A stretch of 64,000 nucleotides of DNA from Antechinus flavipes (lineage: Eukaryota): NCBI RefSeq assembly GCF_016432865.1, contig NC_067404.1, positions 84,630,001-84,694,000 of the forward strand, in the 5' to 3' direction. Shown here in pieces: positions 1-12,330 of the stretch. Each line of letters begins with the position of its first letter. Within the stretch, counting starts at the first letter, position 1. The notes beneath the pieces were generated by a model that saw nothing but the letters and a program-made list of their open reading frames with translations, was not told where the DNA came from and searched no databases. The position numbers and the translations under genes were made by a program.

Positions 1-164
1 TCCCGGTGTGGGGTTGGCTGGAGTCCTCTGACATTTTCCCTTCTGTTCCCCTTAGTGGCAGAGATAAAAATATCTCCCACTAGCCTCCTTCTAAAGCGCT
101 TGTGAAATTGGATCCCTAACCTTTATCCTCCTTCATGTATCTAGGGAGGGGACGCCTCCTGACG

Positions 165-324
165 ATGGGAGGGAAAGCAAGACAAGGGAAGGGAAAAGGG
201 GAAGGGGAGGGGAAAGGGAAAGGGGAAAGGGAAGGGGAAGGGAAATGGGAAAAGGGAAAAGGAAAGGGGAAAAGAGGAAGGGGAAGAGGAAGGAGAAAGG
301 GGAAGGGGAAAGGGGAAGGGGAAA
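165..324. repeat. Polypurine (GGGAA/GGGGAA-type) tract running into an assembly gap
   Basis: Almost pure G/A sequence ending at the N run. Confidence 0.9.
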
Positions 325-530
325 NNNNNNNNNNNNNNNNNNNNNNNNNNNNNNNNNNNNNNNNNNNNNNNNNNNNNNNNNNNNNNNNNNNNNNNNNNNN
401 NNNNNNNNNNNNNNNNNNNNNNNNNNNNNNNNNNNNNNNNNNNNNNNNNNNNNNNNNNNNNNNNNNNNNNNNNNNNNNNNNNNNNNNNNNNNNNNNNNNN
501 NNNNNNNNNNNNNNNNNNNNNNNNNNNNNN
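325..530. other. Assembly gap (206 N)
   Basis: Run of N. Confidence 1.
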
Positions 531-706
531 GCCTGATACTGGCACTTTGTAGATGTCATCTGACTATTCCTATACGTATCTATTTACTGATGAGGCTTGT
601 ATTTTTCTAGTATAATTAGTACTACTCATTTCCAGTCATTAAGTTCTGGGTAAAACCAGAGAAAAATAATTAACCTAATTCTGATTCTGCCTGATCAACT
701 CTGCCC

Positions 707-915
707 TAGAAGGGAAGGGGAAAGGGGAAAGGAAAGGGAAAGGGGAAGGAAAGGGAAGGGAGGAAAGGGGAGGAAAGGGAAGGGAGGGGAGGGGAGGGGA
801 AGGGAGTGAAGGGAAAAGGGAAGGGGAAAGGAGAGAGAGGGGAGGGGAGGAAAGGGAAGACAAGGGAAAGGAAAGGGAGAGGAAGGGAGGAAGGGGAGTG
901 AAGAAGATGAAGAAA
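707..915. repeat. Second polypurine GA-rich tract
   Basis: Near-pure G/A low-complexity sequence. Confidence 0.9.
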
Positions 916-2949
916 GCGGGATATAGCTTTGCAAGTCTCCACCAGATGCTTGCAGCTATTTGCAAGGTCACTTGAAACCGAGCTCCTCTCTGGCTGTCCG
1001 GTGCCGAAGGCATCTAGGAGGGCCAGTAGCACTTGCATACCATGGCTGTTGATCCCACCGAAAGACTCCAGTTGGGCCCCCGCCCACCCACTAGCCCTAA
1101 CTTCCCTGCCAGGAATAACTTGGTGGAGGCCAGCTGGTCTGGCTGAGCCCCGCTTCTCCCTAACTGGTGGCATTTCCTGTCAAACTCTGGCTGACAGGGT
1201 CCCACAAGAAGTGAAGGGACCAGAGCCTCTTGGCAGGATTCAAGGCTCCGAGTCCTCATTCCGGGGCAAAATGCGTACATTGCCAAACTGGTAACGGAGT
1301 GCCGGCTGCTTTGGGCGGCCTTTGGGAAATCATACGTGGTTGCCATGGTCCATAGTCACAGCCGTCATGGGTACTGGGCCTTTCGATCTCAAGAGATTTC
1401 AAAAGTTTGATTCACTTCTCAAGAAGCAATGAAAGTTTGGTTCACCCCATCTTACTGATGAAAATACCGAGGCCTTCTTTTCCCATGTGTCACTAAAGGC
1501 TTCATGGAGAAGAGCAGAAACTGGAAACTTTACATCTGTCAGTCTTTCCCATAATGCCCTTGTGGGGTGGGTAATGTGGGTATTCTCAGCTCCATGACAG
1601 ATGAGGAAACTGCCGCTTGCCCAGAATTCACAGGATCACAGCTGGAGGGGTGTGACTTGACCAAGACCACACAGAGCCAAGATTCAACCTCAGGTCCTCT
1701 GATTCTTCTTTCTGCTAGCCCACGTTTGAGGTGCCCTCTGTGGTTAGAAAAGTGTTGGGGGGGACGCTACTGTTCAGAAAGAGCTGAGGCAACAAGAAGG
1801 GTCAGTCTGCTTGGCTGATAGCAGGAAGGTCAAGGAAAGGATGGGATGAAGAGAAGGGCAGGTTGAGGGAGGTTCCACAGAATTAGCTGCTTTACTTTTA
1901 TTCTTGTCTGGGAGAATGAGCTCTACCTGGAAAGGACAGAACAAAAAAGGGCGACAGCTTAGTACCAAGAGATGAGGAGAAGAGTCACATGATTAAAAAA
2001 TAGAAAAACACCAGATCAGTCGAAATGATATCTTTATATAGGCAAGGGACTTACTTAATCTTTAATAAACTTCATAATAATTAACCGGAAAAACATATGA
2101 AACCCAATAAACTAGAGTCATGGGACCATAGATACAGAGCTGGAAGGGGCCTTCAAGGCTCTCGAGTTCAACTCCCTCTTGTTATCAATGAGGAAACTGA
2201 GTCACAGAAAGGTTCTGTGACTTCTTCAGGGTCACAGAGCAGGACTGGAAGCCCAATCTTCTAGGCTTTCCGCTATCCTGCCTCCCATGTCCTCTCTTGT
2301 CCAAATTACCCAGTTTTCCTCCCTTTTTTCTACACATACTGTCACACCTGTTTTCTCTGCCAAGGAGAATGACCTCTAGACAAGAAAGAACTGAACAAAG
2401 ATCATGACTAAGAAACTCACAGTCACAGTAAGTGAGGAGAAAGTCACAGGAACCTCAACTTATGTAATGCCCAAAGGAACGACATCCTTCTTGGCCACGG
2501 CAGCTGCCCCGTTGGCAGAAATGAGAGAAGGGCCACCATAGGCCTAGAGGAAGAGGGATGGGGTTCAACTTGAAATTACAGGAAAGAAAGTTGAGTCTGC
2601 AAATTGGAGGCTAGTGAGCCTGACCTGGGTTCCTAAAAATATTCTAGAGTGGATGGTTCTAGAATACATTGGTGAACCTCTAGAAAAGGAAGCAGGGATC
2701 TCAAAGGGCTGGTCTGAATTCCTCAAGAACAGGTCAGGTGAAGGTAGCCTGGAAAATGAAAGGAAGGCAATGGTGACCTAGATTTCAGCAAAGCTTCGGA
2801 TACCTTATTTCTCAATATTCTTGCCAATGAAATGGAACGATGTGAACCAGAAGGGGGCAGACTAAAGAGGAGCAAGAAATGGCCCAGAAGTCTCTTGTGG
2901 AGTTAGACAGGGGTCTGGGCTCATTCACATTTGTCTCCATGGTTTGGAT

Positions 2950-3300
2950 AAAAGGCACTGATGGTTTGCTCATCGGATGTGCAAAAGGTACACAACCAGA
3001 AGAAACGGCCAACACCCAAGAGGACAAGATCAAGATCTAGAAAGATCTTGACAAGTTACACAGAATAAGATTGAATTCAATTAAGAGAAATTTAAAGTCT
3101 GATGCTTGGGTTCAAGAAATCAACTTCACAAGTCCAAGATGGGAAGAGCCAACCTAAAGGATAGCTAGAGCTTTTAGTGTACGGCATCCTCAATCTGAAT
3201 CAGTACTAGGACGTGGTGGAGGAGCTTCCTGAGCTCAGAGCATGATGGTTTCTTGGTCCTCTGTCCTGGTCAGACCACAGTGGAAGTATCACGCTCAAGC
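2950..3300 (+). mobile_element. CR1/L3 LINE ORF2 fragment (degenerate)
   Basis: gatcaagatctagaaagatcttgacaagtta...tttaaagtctgatgcttgggttcaagaaatcaacttcacaagtccaagatggg...ctggtcagaccacagtggaagtat follows the CR1 RT C-terminal pattern. Confidence 0.65.
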
Positions 3301-3425
3301 CTGGCTGCCTGCTCATTTGAGAGGACATTGCTAAACCGGAGGTCTTCTAGAGCAAAGCCTTTTAAACTGTGGGTTGCAACCCCAGATGGGATGGGGTAAC
3401 TGAAAAGTAAGAAATATTTTATCAT

Positions 3426-3494
3426 GGGGCAGCTAGATGGCGCAGTGGCTAGAGCATCAGCTCTGAAGTCAGGATGATCTGAGTTCAAATCTGA
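3426..3494 (+). mobile_element. WSINE1-type SINE 5' part, cut by gap
   Basis: ggggcagctagatggcgcagtggctagagcatcagctctgaagtcaggatgatctgagttcaaatctga, a tRNA-derived head with A/B boxes. Confidence 0.8.
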
Positions 3495-3622
3495 NNNNNN
3501 NNNNNNNNNNNNNNNNNNNNNNNNNNNNNNNNNNNNNNNNNNNNNNNNNNNNNNNNNNNNNNNNNNNNNNNNNNNNNNNNNNNNNNNNNNNNNNNNNNNN
3601 NNNNNNNNNNNNNNNNNNNNNN
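3495..3622. other. Assembly gap (128 N)
   Basis: Run of N. Confidence 1.
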
Positions 3623-5129
3623 CATTATGTAAAAATAAACAAGCCCATTGATCTCATTAGTATGTAAATTTGCTTTTGTCTTTAATAATTTTTTCTATTT
3701 TTCTATTTTAATAAATACATGTATACCAAAGAATTGTTCTAAGACAAATTTCTTTATGATTTACTCTCAGTAAATGTGTGGTTTGTATACCCATTTTATA
3801 TATTCATGTATCCAGGATTATGCCCAAATTTCCGAGGTGGCCGGTGGAAAAAGTTTAAGAAAACTGTTCTAGAGGAGGGCTAGCAGAACAATGGAGAACT
3901 CAACACCACCCCGCTTGAAGACAGATGGAAGGACTTGTCACCCTCATGGTTGTCTCCTCTGGAGAATTATCAAGGACAAGAGGGGTGAGATGGGCTGTCT
4001 GGTCCCAGAGAAAAAGGGAGGGGAGAAAAGAGGTGAACTTCCTACCGATTCCAGCTCTTTCTGAATGGGAAACCGAGGGCTTCCTGTCTTTGGAGGTCTC
4101 CAGACGAAGTTGGATGAGTCTTGGTCAGATACGGCAGGGCAGAATTCTTTTCTAGCTCTGAGCTCCCTTCTGTGTCTTTAATTCTAAGAACAGTGTCAGA
4201 GAATGGTAGGGACAGAACAGACTGTGGGTGTTGGGGCCAAAGGTATTTTACATATCAACTTTCCATCCGGGGATGTGAGAGATGACAGAAGGTATAGGAT
4301 AGAGTGTAAGTGTATGGGCAGAGGGGAGTCTGCAGGTCCACGAGAGAGAACAGGGAGTGGATCCAAAGGCACAGGCAGGATCTTAGAGGGGAGGGTCCCC
4401 CATTTAAAGTGTAATCACAACAGCAGGTAGCGTTCAGAAGGGAAGGAACAAAGCCAGCCTTGGACACTTGCTAGATGAGTGTAAGTAACGAATGAGGGCC
4501 GTGGTCAACATTGGAGGAGAGACCCTGGTGCATTGTTGGTGGAACTAACTTGCAATGGTGCAACTCAAGTGACTGAAAGGTCTCTCCCCTTTGACCCAGA
4601 GACTCTCTAGCCGCCACCTCAAGAAAACCACTGAGGAGCAGTCCGGAGACTCCAAAATATACATAGCAGCGCACAGCTTGCGCCTTTCACCTGTGCCGAT
4701 TTTCAGTTCCTCCTGGAGGTGGCAGGGCCCCCTCCCTTGACTCTTCAGGCTTTTGTGGACGCTCCAGTGGGTCTCTCTTTGGCCAGGTTTCCCATTTCAG
4801 GGCGCCTCTTTCCGATAAGTCTGATTCTACTCCACTGTGTGCCAGGCGCTGGACCCCTACCCCTGGCAAGAGGCAAAAGTCAGTCCCTGCCCCGGGGAAG
4901 CTCCCGGCCTGATGGGGGGCAAACAACTGCCCAGCGAGCTACATGCAGGAGAAAGAAGAGACACGGACATTGGAGGGAGTGGGCCAGGAAAGGAACTGAA
5001 CGCCAAGGAGAGCATCTCCTACTGGATCCTGGGGAGGGAGGGGGGAGTCACTGGGGTCTACTGAGTGTACGTGTGGAAGGAAGAAAAGGGGGGGGGGGGC
5101 TGCAGTGGAAATCGCATCGTATTGGACTC

Positions 5130-5480
5130 CGAAGTTAAGCACCCGGCCCTCCGGGGAGCCCTGAGTTAGACAGCGCCGGGACGCCGCGGGCAGCGTAGCC
5201 AAGGGCCCCGAAGGCCTTCTGGCCTGGCCTCCCGCCCCGCCTCCTCGGGCAGCGCGCGTGCGCGGCACACGCACAAGCACGCGGACACGTACACGCACAT
5301 GATGGCGGTTGCAGCGAAACGGCGTCAGACCTAACTAAACGATGCCAGAACGAAAGGCCGAGCAGCCAGCGTAAGCTTTGAGCGCCCTCCGGAGCAAGAA
5401 GAGGAAACAGCCGACAAAGGCCCTCGTTGGGCGGGACACCACCCTTCTTCCTCCTCCCCTCTTCCCCGCCAAGCCACCTA
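5130..5480. promoter_or_regulatory. CpG-island promoter, associated gene unidentified
   Basis: Dense CpG. GC boxes CCCGCCCCGCC at 5231-5241, NRF1-like CGCGCGTGCGCG at 5253-5264, YY1-like ATGGCGG at 5302-5308, CRE half-site CGTCA at 5323-5327, and a plus-strand donor AGC|GTAAGC at 5371. Confidence 0.7.
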
Positions 5481-5499
5481 CCTTTTCCAAGGCTTTTTC

Positions 5500-7179
5500 T
5501 TTTGTTCGGTTTTAGCCAAAATGAGTATTGTTCTTTTTTTTTTTTAACCTTTTTCTTTTTGAGTATTTGTCAAAGGCTTTTCCTGCATCTATTGGGACAA
5601 TCAAGGATTGGGGATTTGTTTTACTTTTTAATAAGATCAATGCTATTTTTTTTCCCAATGTGAACCATCCTTTCATCTCCACTCCACACACAGTGTTTCC
5701 AAGGAACATTTCAGGGATAAATCTCCATAATCTGTCGGACAGAATTTGGTGAAAATGTTTTGAATCAACATTCGTTCATGATATCGAGCTGTAGTTTTGT
5801 GTTTTCTTTCCTGCTGTGATAGGTTGCTTTCTTTCTCAGTTTTGGAGAATGATTAATGCAGTATGGGTACAAATTGTTCTTTAAAACTTTGATAGAATTC
5901 TCCTGTGACTCTATCAAGATTGAGTTTCTTTCTTTTTCTTTTTCTTTTTTTTTTTCTTTTTTCTTTTTTCTTTTTTTTTTTTACAGTTCTTTCTATATCC
6001 CTTTCGGAAAATGGATTGTTTCGGAGCTCTATTTGGTCATCTGTTAATTAAATAAAATATTTTATATATTATATTATATATTTGTATTTGGAAGGTTTTC
6101 CTTTCATTCTTTTGTGTCCTCAGTTTTGATAGCATAGAACTGTGTATGATGATTCTGCTTTTGATTGTTTTTTTCTGGTTCTGCTTTGCTCTCATCTAGC
6201 TCATTTGCTATTTTGTTCATTTGATTTGTGGTGACTGGCAAGTGCTGAGCCCCGTTGGGATATTTCTGCATTTCCCTGTGGCTACTCTGAAGCACGTGGT
6301 GGTCTGTAGCTGAAGGAAGCGTGCTTGCCTACCCAGAACCAAAGATCCCACAGGGCTGGCTGCCTACCCCGGGACTACACTGAAGCATGCGGTGGTTCCC
6401 CATACTGGCTCCCCTGGCTATGTAGAGGCACATAAGGAGTCCCAGTATTGATGTCCACCTGCTCCACCCCATTGGTGGCTTGCTGAGGTGGGGCTTGCCG
6501 CCGGTCAGTGGGAAGCTTCTTGTCCTAGACCAGGCCCCTCTCTTACCAGAATGAGACTGACACCTCCTGCTAATTCTCCAAGTTTTCTGGGCTAACGGGT
6601 TGTTTCACTCCATCTCCTTGCTCTAGGACCTGTCTTGTAGCATTATATTATGAGAAACTTTCAGTGATTCGCAGCTTGCTCCATCATCTTGGCTCCTGGA
6701 AGTAGATCTCTGGATTCTGCTTTCCGGTCTATTTTGTTCTTGTTTTATTTCCCTCTATTCTATTTTCTTCTGCTTCTCCTTCTTGCTCTCTTTTTATCCT
6801 GTCCCTCCACAAAAGTCTGTTTTTACTTCTGATCACTACCTCCCTTAATCTGCTCTCTTTTTATTATCCCCTCTTATCTCTTATCTGCTCCCCCTCCTTT
6901 TTTCCCTAATGGGCAAGATAAATTTCTATATGCAACTATATATAATGTATGTATATATGTGTGTAAATGTGTGTGTGTGTATGTGTATTTCCATCTTTGA
7001 TTCAGTTCCTGTGAAAGTGAGGTTCAGTCTCTTTGGCCATCTTCACCTCCACTGTAAAAGCTCTTCCATACATGACCCCTTTATGTGAGAAAATTTTCCT
7101 ATTCTCTCTCTCCCTTCCCCTTCTCCCAGTGCATCCCTCTCCTTCACCTCCCTTTTATGTGCTCTTTCATTCTTCACTT

Positions 7180-7213
<34 letters not shown>

Positions 7214-7450
7214 ATCACTGATTCACCTGGACGTAGGCTATTGTAGAGTTTAGTCCACGATGTTTCCAATCTGTTCCTTCACCATTACTCCTGCTTTCCC
7301 TCTTGTCTCCTTGTATCCTTTTAGAAATAATTATCTTAATGGTCATCCTTGTTATTTGATTGTTATCATCATTGTTGTTAACCCCATAAGGTCTTTCTCT
7401 TTCCCCCATTTTTGTCTACAGTAAAACATCCCTTTTGATATGATCTCATC
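5500..7450 (-). mobile_element. Old L1 mosaic (ORF2/ORF1/5' pieces), antisense
   Basis: T-rich antisense L1-like text (ccaatgtgaaccatcc, tttgatagaattctcc, ccatcatcttggctcc) with (AC)n at about 7181-7211; boundaries approximate. Confidence 0.55.
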
Positions 7451-10400
7451 CTCCACCGAACAACCTTGTACCTACTTTTATATGCCTCTAACCTGTTTCT
7501 GCCCAAGCCAGGGATCATTTTCCTCAGGGATAGCCCTCAAATGTGTAAGGGAATATGACTCTTGATTGATTAACAATGTTGGAGACACACTTTGAGAAAG
7601 GACAGAGAGAGAGAGAAAAGTAAAGAAAGACGGTTCACAGTGAGAGGGGAGGTGCAGACCCAATTCTCCCTTCAAAGAAAATTCTATCAACTGTTTTTAA
7701 AAGCAATTAATTACAATATTACATAAACTGGGAAAAAAATCAGAAAAGGGATCCTTCTAAAAGCATCCTTTGATACAAATATCGTCTTATTACATAGGGA
7801 GAGGCGAAGCACAGAAATAAAATGACACCGCTATCCTCAATGCAGCATTGTAGAAATTAATTAATTCATCTGATGTTAGCAAGTAGTTAACAACAACTTA
7901 TTTAAAATAAAATACTACACACTACCACTGATTTGGATTTCTGCCAGGACTTCAGGGCTGATTCAATGATAAACATAATAGACCATATTAATGTGAAAGT
8001 ATGTATCGCCCATTTAGGTTCCTTATAATACAAGAGTGTCTAAATGCAGCTCAGTGATAGGTATTTCTGCACTTTTACTCACCCGTCTCCACGGACAACT
8101 TGGACTACTGACCAGAGTAGAACAGAAGGGTCCTTGAGTCTGGCTACTTTAATCTCCTGTGAGAAAGAAGAGCATCATCAAATGAAAATTATATTTATCT
8201 GCTCCCTCCCAAATGTTGCTGGTCTAAATACGTGGTTTTTATTAGGTTCAAAGGAAATGAAGCAACTAGCTTCCCTGCTTGCCATCTCTTAATGATAAAG
8301 GAGAAAGACCAACTTACAGGCTTGATTCCTTCCCATCAAATAAATTCTAGTTATACCAAAAGCCATCCCAGCTAGGGAATATCGAGGGAACTCACCCAAA
8401 CACATATCGAAGAGAAATCGGAGAAGTCGAACTAGAAAATATAGAGAAATGAGGTCTCCAATTGGGAGCAAGATAATTCATGTCAACCAAAAGAGAGGCC
8501 CCGATACCACCCAAAGAAAAGTTCCTCCAATTCACTGGGAGATAAGGACTAGATCGCTTCCAGGTCCGCTGCTTCCCAAAGTCTTCTCTTTCTCTCCAAA
8601 AAGAGTTTGGAATGATGTCTCTCTCGAGGAAGGAACTAAGAATATCTGTCCTCTCCAAATCTCCCAATTCTTCAATAAATGTCCCTTCGTAAAGGCAAAT
8701 TGATGGTTAATGGCTATTGAGGAGAAATCAACAGGCCCATTTATATTGGAGTGCCAATCACTGGCCAGAAGACCCTGTAGATATAGTAACTAGGTAAATG
8801 ACATTGGGAAAACAACCATGAAGGGGCCTAATGAGTAATAGCTCTAAAGAGAAAGACCCCAGCCCCAGCCCCAAACTGGTTACTCATAGAATTCAAAGCA
8901 CGCTTTAGCCAGCTTTGCTCTGGGGACCTGGCTTCCAAAATCTGTTCAAAGACAGTACCAACCCTAATTCCAGAGGACTGATCCTCAATGAAGCAGGTTT
9001 CAGACAGGTGAAGCGCTGAGGTGCAGAATGAAACCTACCCGTATGGACACGGCCAATCTCAGGATTAGTTTGGCCAGATTAGTTAAAGGGGCTATGGTTT
9101 TCTTTCCTCCCCCCCCCCCGCAATTTACAATGGAGGGAGGTTGGAGAGAGAGAGACAGAGAGACAGAGAGAGAGAGCGCACAGGAATTGGACCCTCCCTG
9201 CTCCACCATTGCCCAAATGATAAGAAAATCAAACCAGAAGAAATCATGGATTAAGTGGGATAACTCTGAAAGTGCCATGTTGAGTTTATTATATATTTTA
9301 AAAGAAAAGCAAATGTCCACAATAGAGACTCACAATTTTGTGTCCAATTCTCTTTTTCTGTGGTACAGAGAATACAGAAAAGCTTTTATTTGGTGTTTGT
9401 TAAGTTCAGAAGAAAAAACAAAATGAAGTGAGAAAAAGGCTTCCCAAAACATAGCATCTTGGTACACACAGGTCGATATCCTCTATTGACTTTCGTTAAC
9501 TGTTATATCCATCTTTGCTAATTGTGATCTGGTTTTCCTTTTCTTGTTGTACTAAAACCACTCCACTAATTCCCAGATTTCCTGCTGTGTGAGGACCCTT
9601 GAAAACTCCTCAGCTGCAGCTGCATTCAGGCCTGGGATGGGGGTCTCTGCCTCAGAAGGTTTCTTCTCTCTGTGTGTCTCTGTGTTTGTGTCTGTGTCAT
9701 CTGTATCTGTGTCTGTCTCTCTCCGTCTCTCTGTGTGGGGAGCAGGTGGCGCCTGGGCCCTCATATCAGTGCCCCTTTAAGTAACCTCAGCTTTGGACTG
9801 GTTTCCCCTCAGCAGTGTCAGAGTGGAACAACAGGGACCAGTCTTCCCTGGGGGCTTCAGAAGGAGTCCCGTCAATGGTGCTTTCAGGGCCCTCTACTCC
9901 CCATGAACTCTCCACACATTGGTGATGGCTAGAGATTCCTGTAAGGAGGCTCAGAACCTTGCCTTCTGCAAGAGCGAAAATCCCAAAGGAGTTTCAGGAG
10001 AATCACATCGCTTTTGAATTGGTTTGTATTCGTGGGCAAACGGATGACATCACTCGCGTTCCTGCCATCGAGAGGGAGCACTTGAGAAACAAAGGGGAGC
10101 TGGAGGAGGGCACCTGGTACAGAGGAAAAACTTCTGAACCAGGCCCTTAGGATACTTAGTTCTCTATGACTTTGGGCCTATTATTTTTCTCTGGATCCCA
10201 CTTTCACTTTCTGTAAATAAAGGCGATTTAAGTCTGTGATCTCTAAGTTTCCTTTCTAGTCGAACATTCTAGGTCTTGGCAAGGGCAAGGACAGAGCAGG
10301 GTACAGAAGAATGAGGCAGGGCCACAAAGAAACTTGGTCAACTTGGCAATTTTATGGAGGACTGGCCTTAATGGGCAATAATCACTGGAGCTGGGGAAAA

Positions 10401-11422
10401 AAGCCGAGTTTAAAAATGTTTTTTGGTCCAGTCAGTATTCTGTCTTGTGCACAAATGCTAATGCTAGAAAAAATAAAAGAGAGATGATATAATGCAGGGT
10501 AAGGGAGGGCAAGGAGTCCAGAACAACAGCCAGATTACCAATCCAGCACAATGAGGGTAGTTGCCAGCTTGGCGGAACTCAGAGGAAGACATCGAGTTGG
10601 AAATGTTTCGCTAGGAGCTAGAAAGATTATTCCACTCCCATATAGGGCAGAGAGTAATGCCGATCCAGTCCCAGGTAGCACCAGGGCTCTCGAGGTGGTG
10701 AGGTCGTTCCTATTCTGTGATCTTTCTCTCTTTCCCTTGTTTCTTTTCTCTGTCACTTCTTTCCCAACCATCTCCCTTTGACCTCAAACCAGCATCCTCT
10801 GAGATAGCCGTATGGCTGTGTCACTCAGGGCACTGAAGTCTAGCCAGCAGCCAGCAAGATTCCTATGTGCCGGAAAGGCAGGTGAATTGAGGGAAACACC
10901 ATCTTCCCCACATCCCCTTGTTTAGTCAAACATACGGGCCACAGGTGCCCTCTCCTCTCCCCCCAGTTATTCTTTTCCCAAATCTCAATGGAGGCAAGAG
11001 AAGCAGGTTCAGAAGTAGAGGTGCAAGTGAGAAAGAAGAAAGCAGCTCATGAGTGGGACAGACAGACAGACAGCTTTCCTGTTTGGATATTTGGATAATA
11101 TTCCATGCCATTCCTTGGACTAACCAGACTCAGCCTTTAAGAGAGGGATTTCATGGCCTCACAAGCAAAGGCCCTGTGCAGATACCGTAGTCCTTCAGGG
11201 TGATTAATATACATGGTTGCCCACAGGAGGTTTAGGGAGGTAGCACTCACACCATAGCACCCAAGGCCCCCAGATGTGTCCTACACAGTATAATGATATG
11301 ATATAACCAATATGTTACATGAATATGGAATAATACAAACTATGAAATAATTGGGGAGGGGGGACTAGTAGAAGGAAGAAGGGGAAATGAAGGAGAAACT
11401 TTGCAAAGAGTGATGTTGGGAA

Positions 11423-11569
<147 letters not shown>

Positions 11570-11984
11570 TCATGAGGAGAGGAGATGAGTCATTCTCATG
11601 GATCGCTCACATTTGCGACAACATCAGAGGGAGCCGCATCTCAGGGAATATGGAAGCACAGGGAGTTCCTCAAAAGAGTTTCACAGCCTCACGTAACAGA
11701 ATTTCTAAAAGGGCCTCAAAGATCATCCGTCTAACTTAGCTCGCAGTGGAACAAGAATCCCGTTTATGCCTTTGTTGGTTGCATTTCCAGAGCGTCCCCC
11801 ACAACCTTCCTTCTCCCTCCCAAAGAGCCATCTCACAGAATAAAGACAAAAAGAAAAGAAGGGAAAAAACCGATCATATCCCACAGAAGCCTGTACCCTG
11901 CTTGAGGACCTCCCACCTCTGCATAATGCTGGGTAGAGGTCTCATTTCACAACTCTCCTCTCAGGCCAGAATTGTTCTTTGTCG

Positions 11985-12330
11985 TTTTGTATGTGCAGTT
12001 GTTCGAATGCCCTAGTACGCTTACCCAAAAAAGACTATTTTATGGCTAACTCACACAGGGCAAGTGTGTGGTGGTCAGAAAAAGTTATACAACGACAAAC
12101 ACGAGGATTTCAAGGTCTCTCTTAAGAATTTTGGAATTGATTTCATGACACGGGAGAGCCTGGCCCAGCGTAATATGCCCTCATCAAAGAAGACACCGTG
12201 CTCTATGAGCAAAGCGGAACTGAATTAGCTCCGAAGAAACGTGACATACACAAAATTCGCAAGTGCAAGTGTTCACACGGACTATTTATGCCTGACTTAT
12301 GCATTCCAAGCTCATATTCTCAATCAGCCA
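11985..12330 (+). mobile_element. RTE LINE 3' ORF fragment
   Basis: Degenerate translation VRMP..LPKRLFYG..TQGK..GGQKK..KVSLKNFGID..ALIKEDTVLYEQS, typical of the RTE C-terminus. Confidence 0.75.

Noticed and set aside
116-1013. Several 110-155 aa ORFs rich in P/F/S or G/K/E
   Set aside because: Artefacts of polypurine tracts and the N gap.
5480-11400. GATA1 or SUV39H1 exons expected from human GLOD5 synteny
   Set aside because: No zinc-finger or SET-domain coding sequence was recognised in any frame examined.
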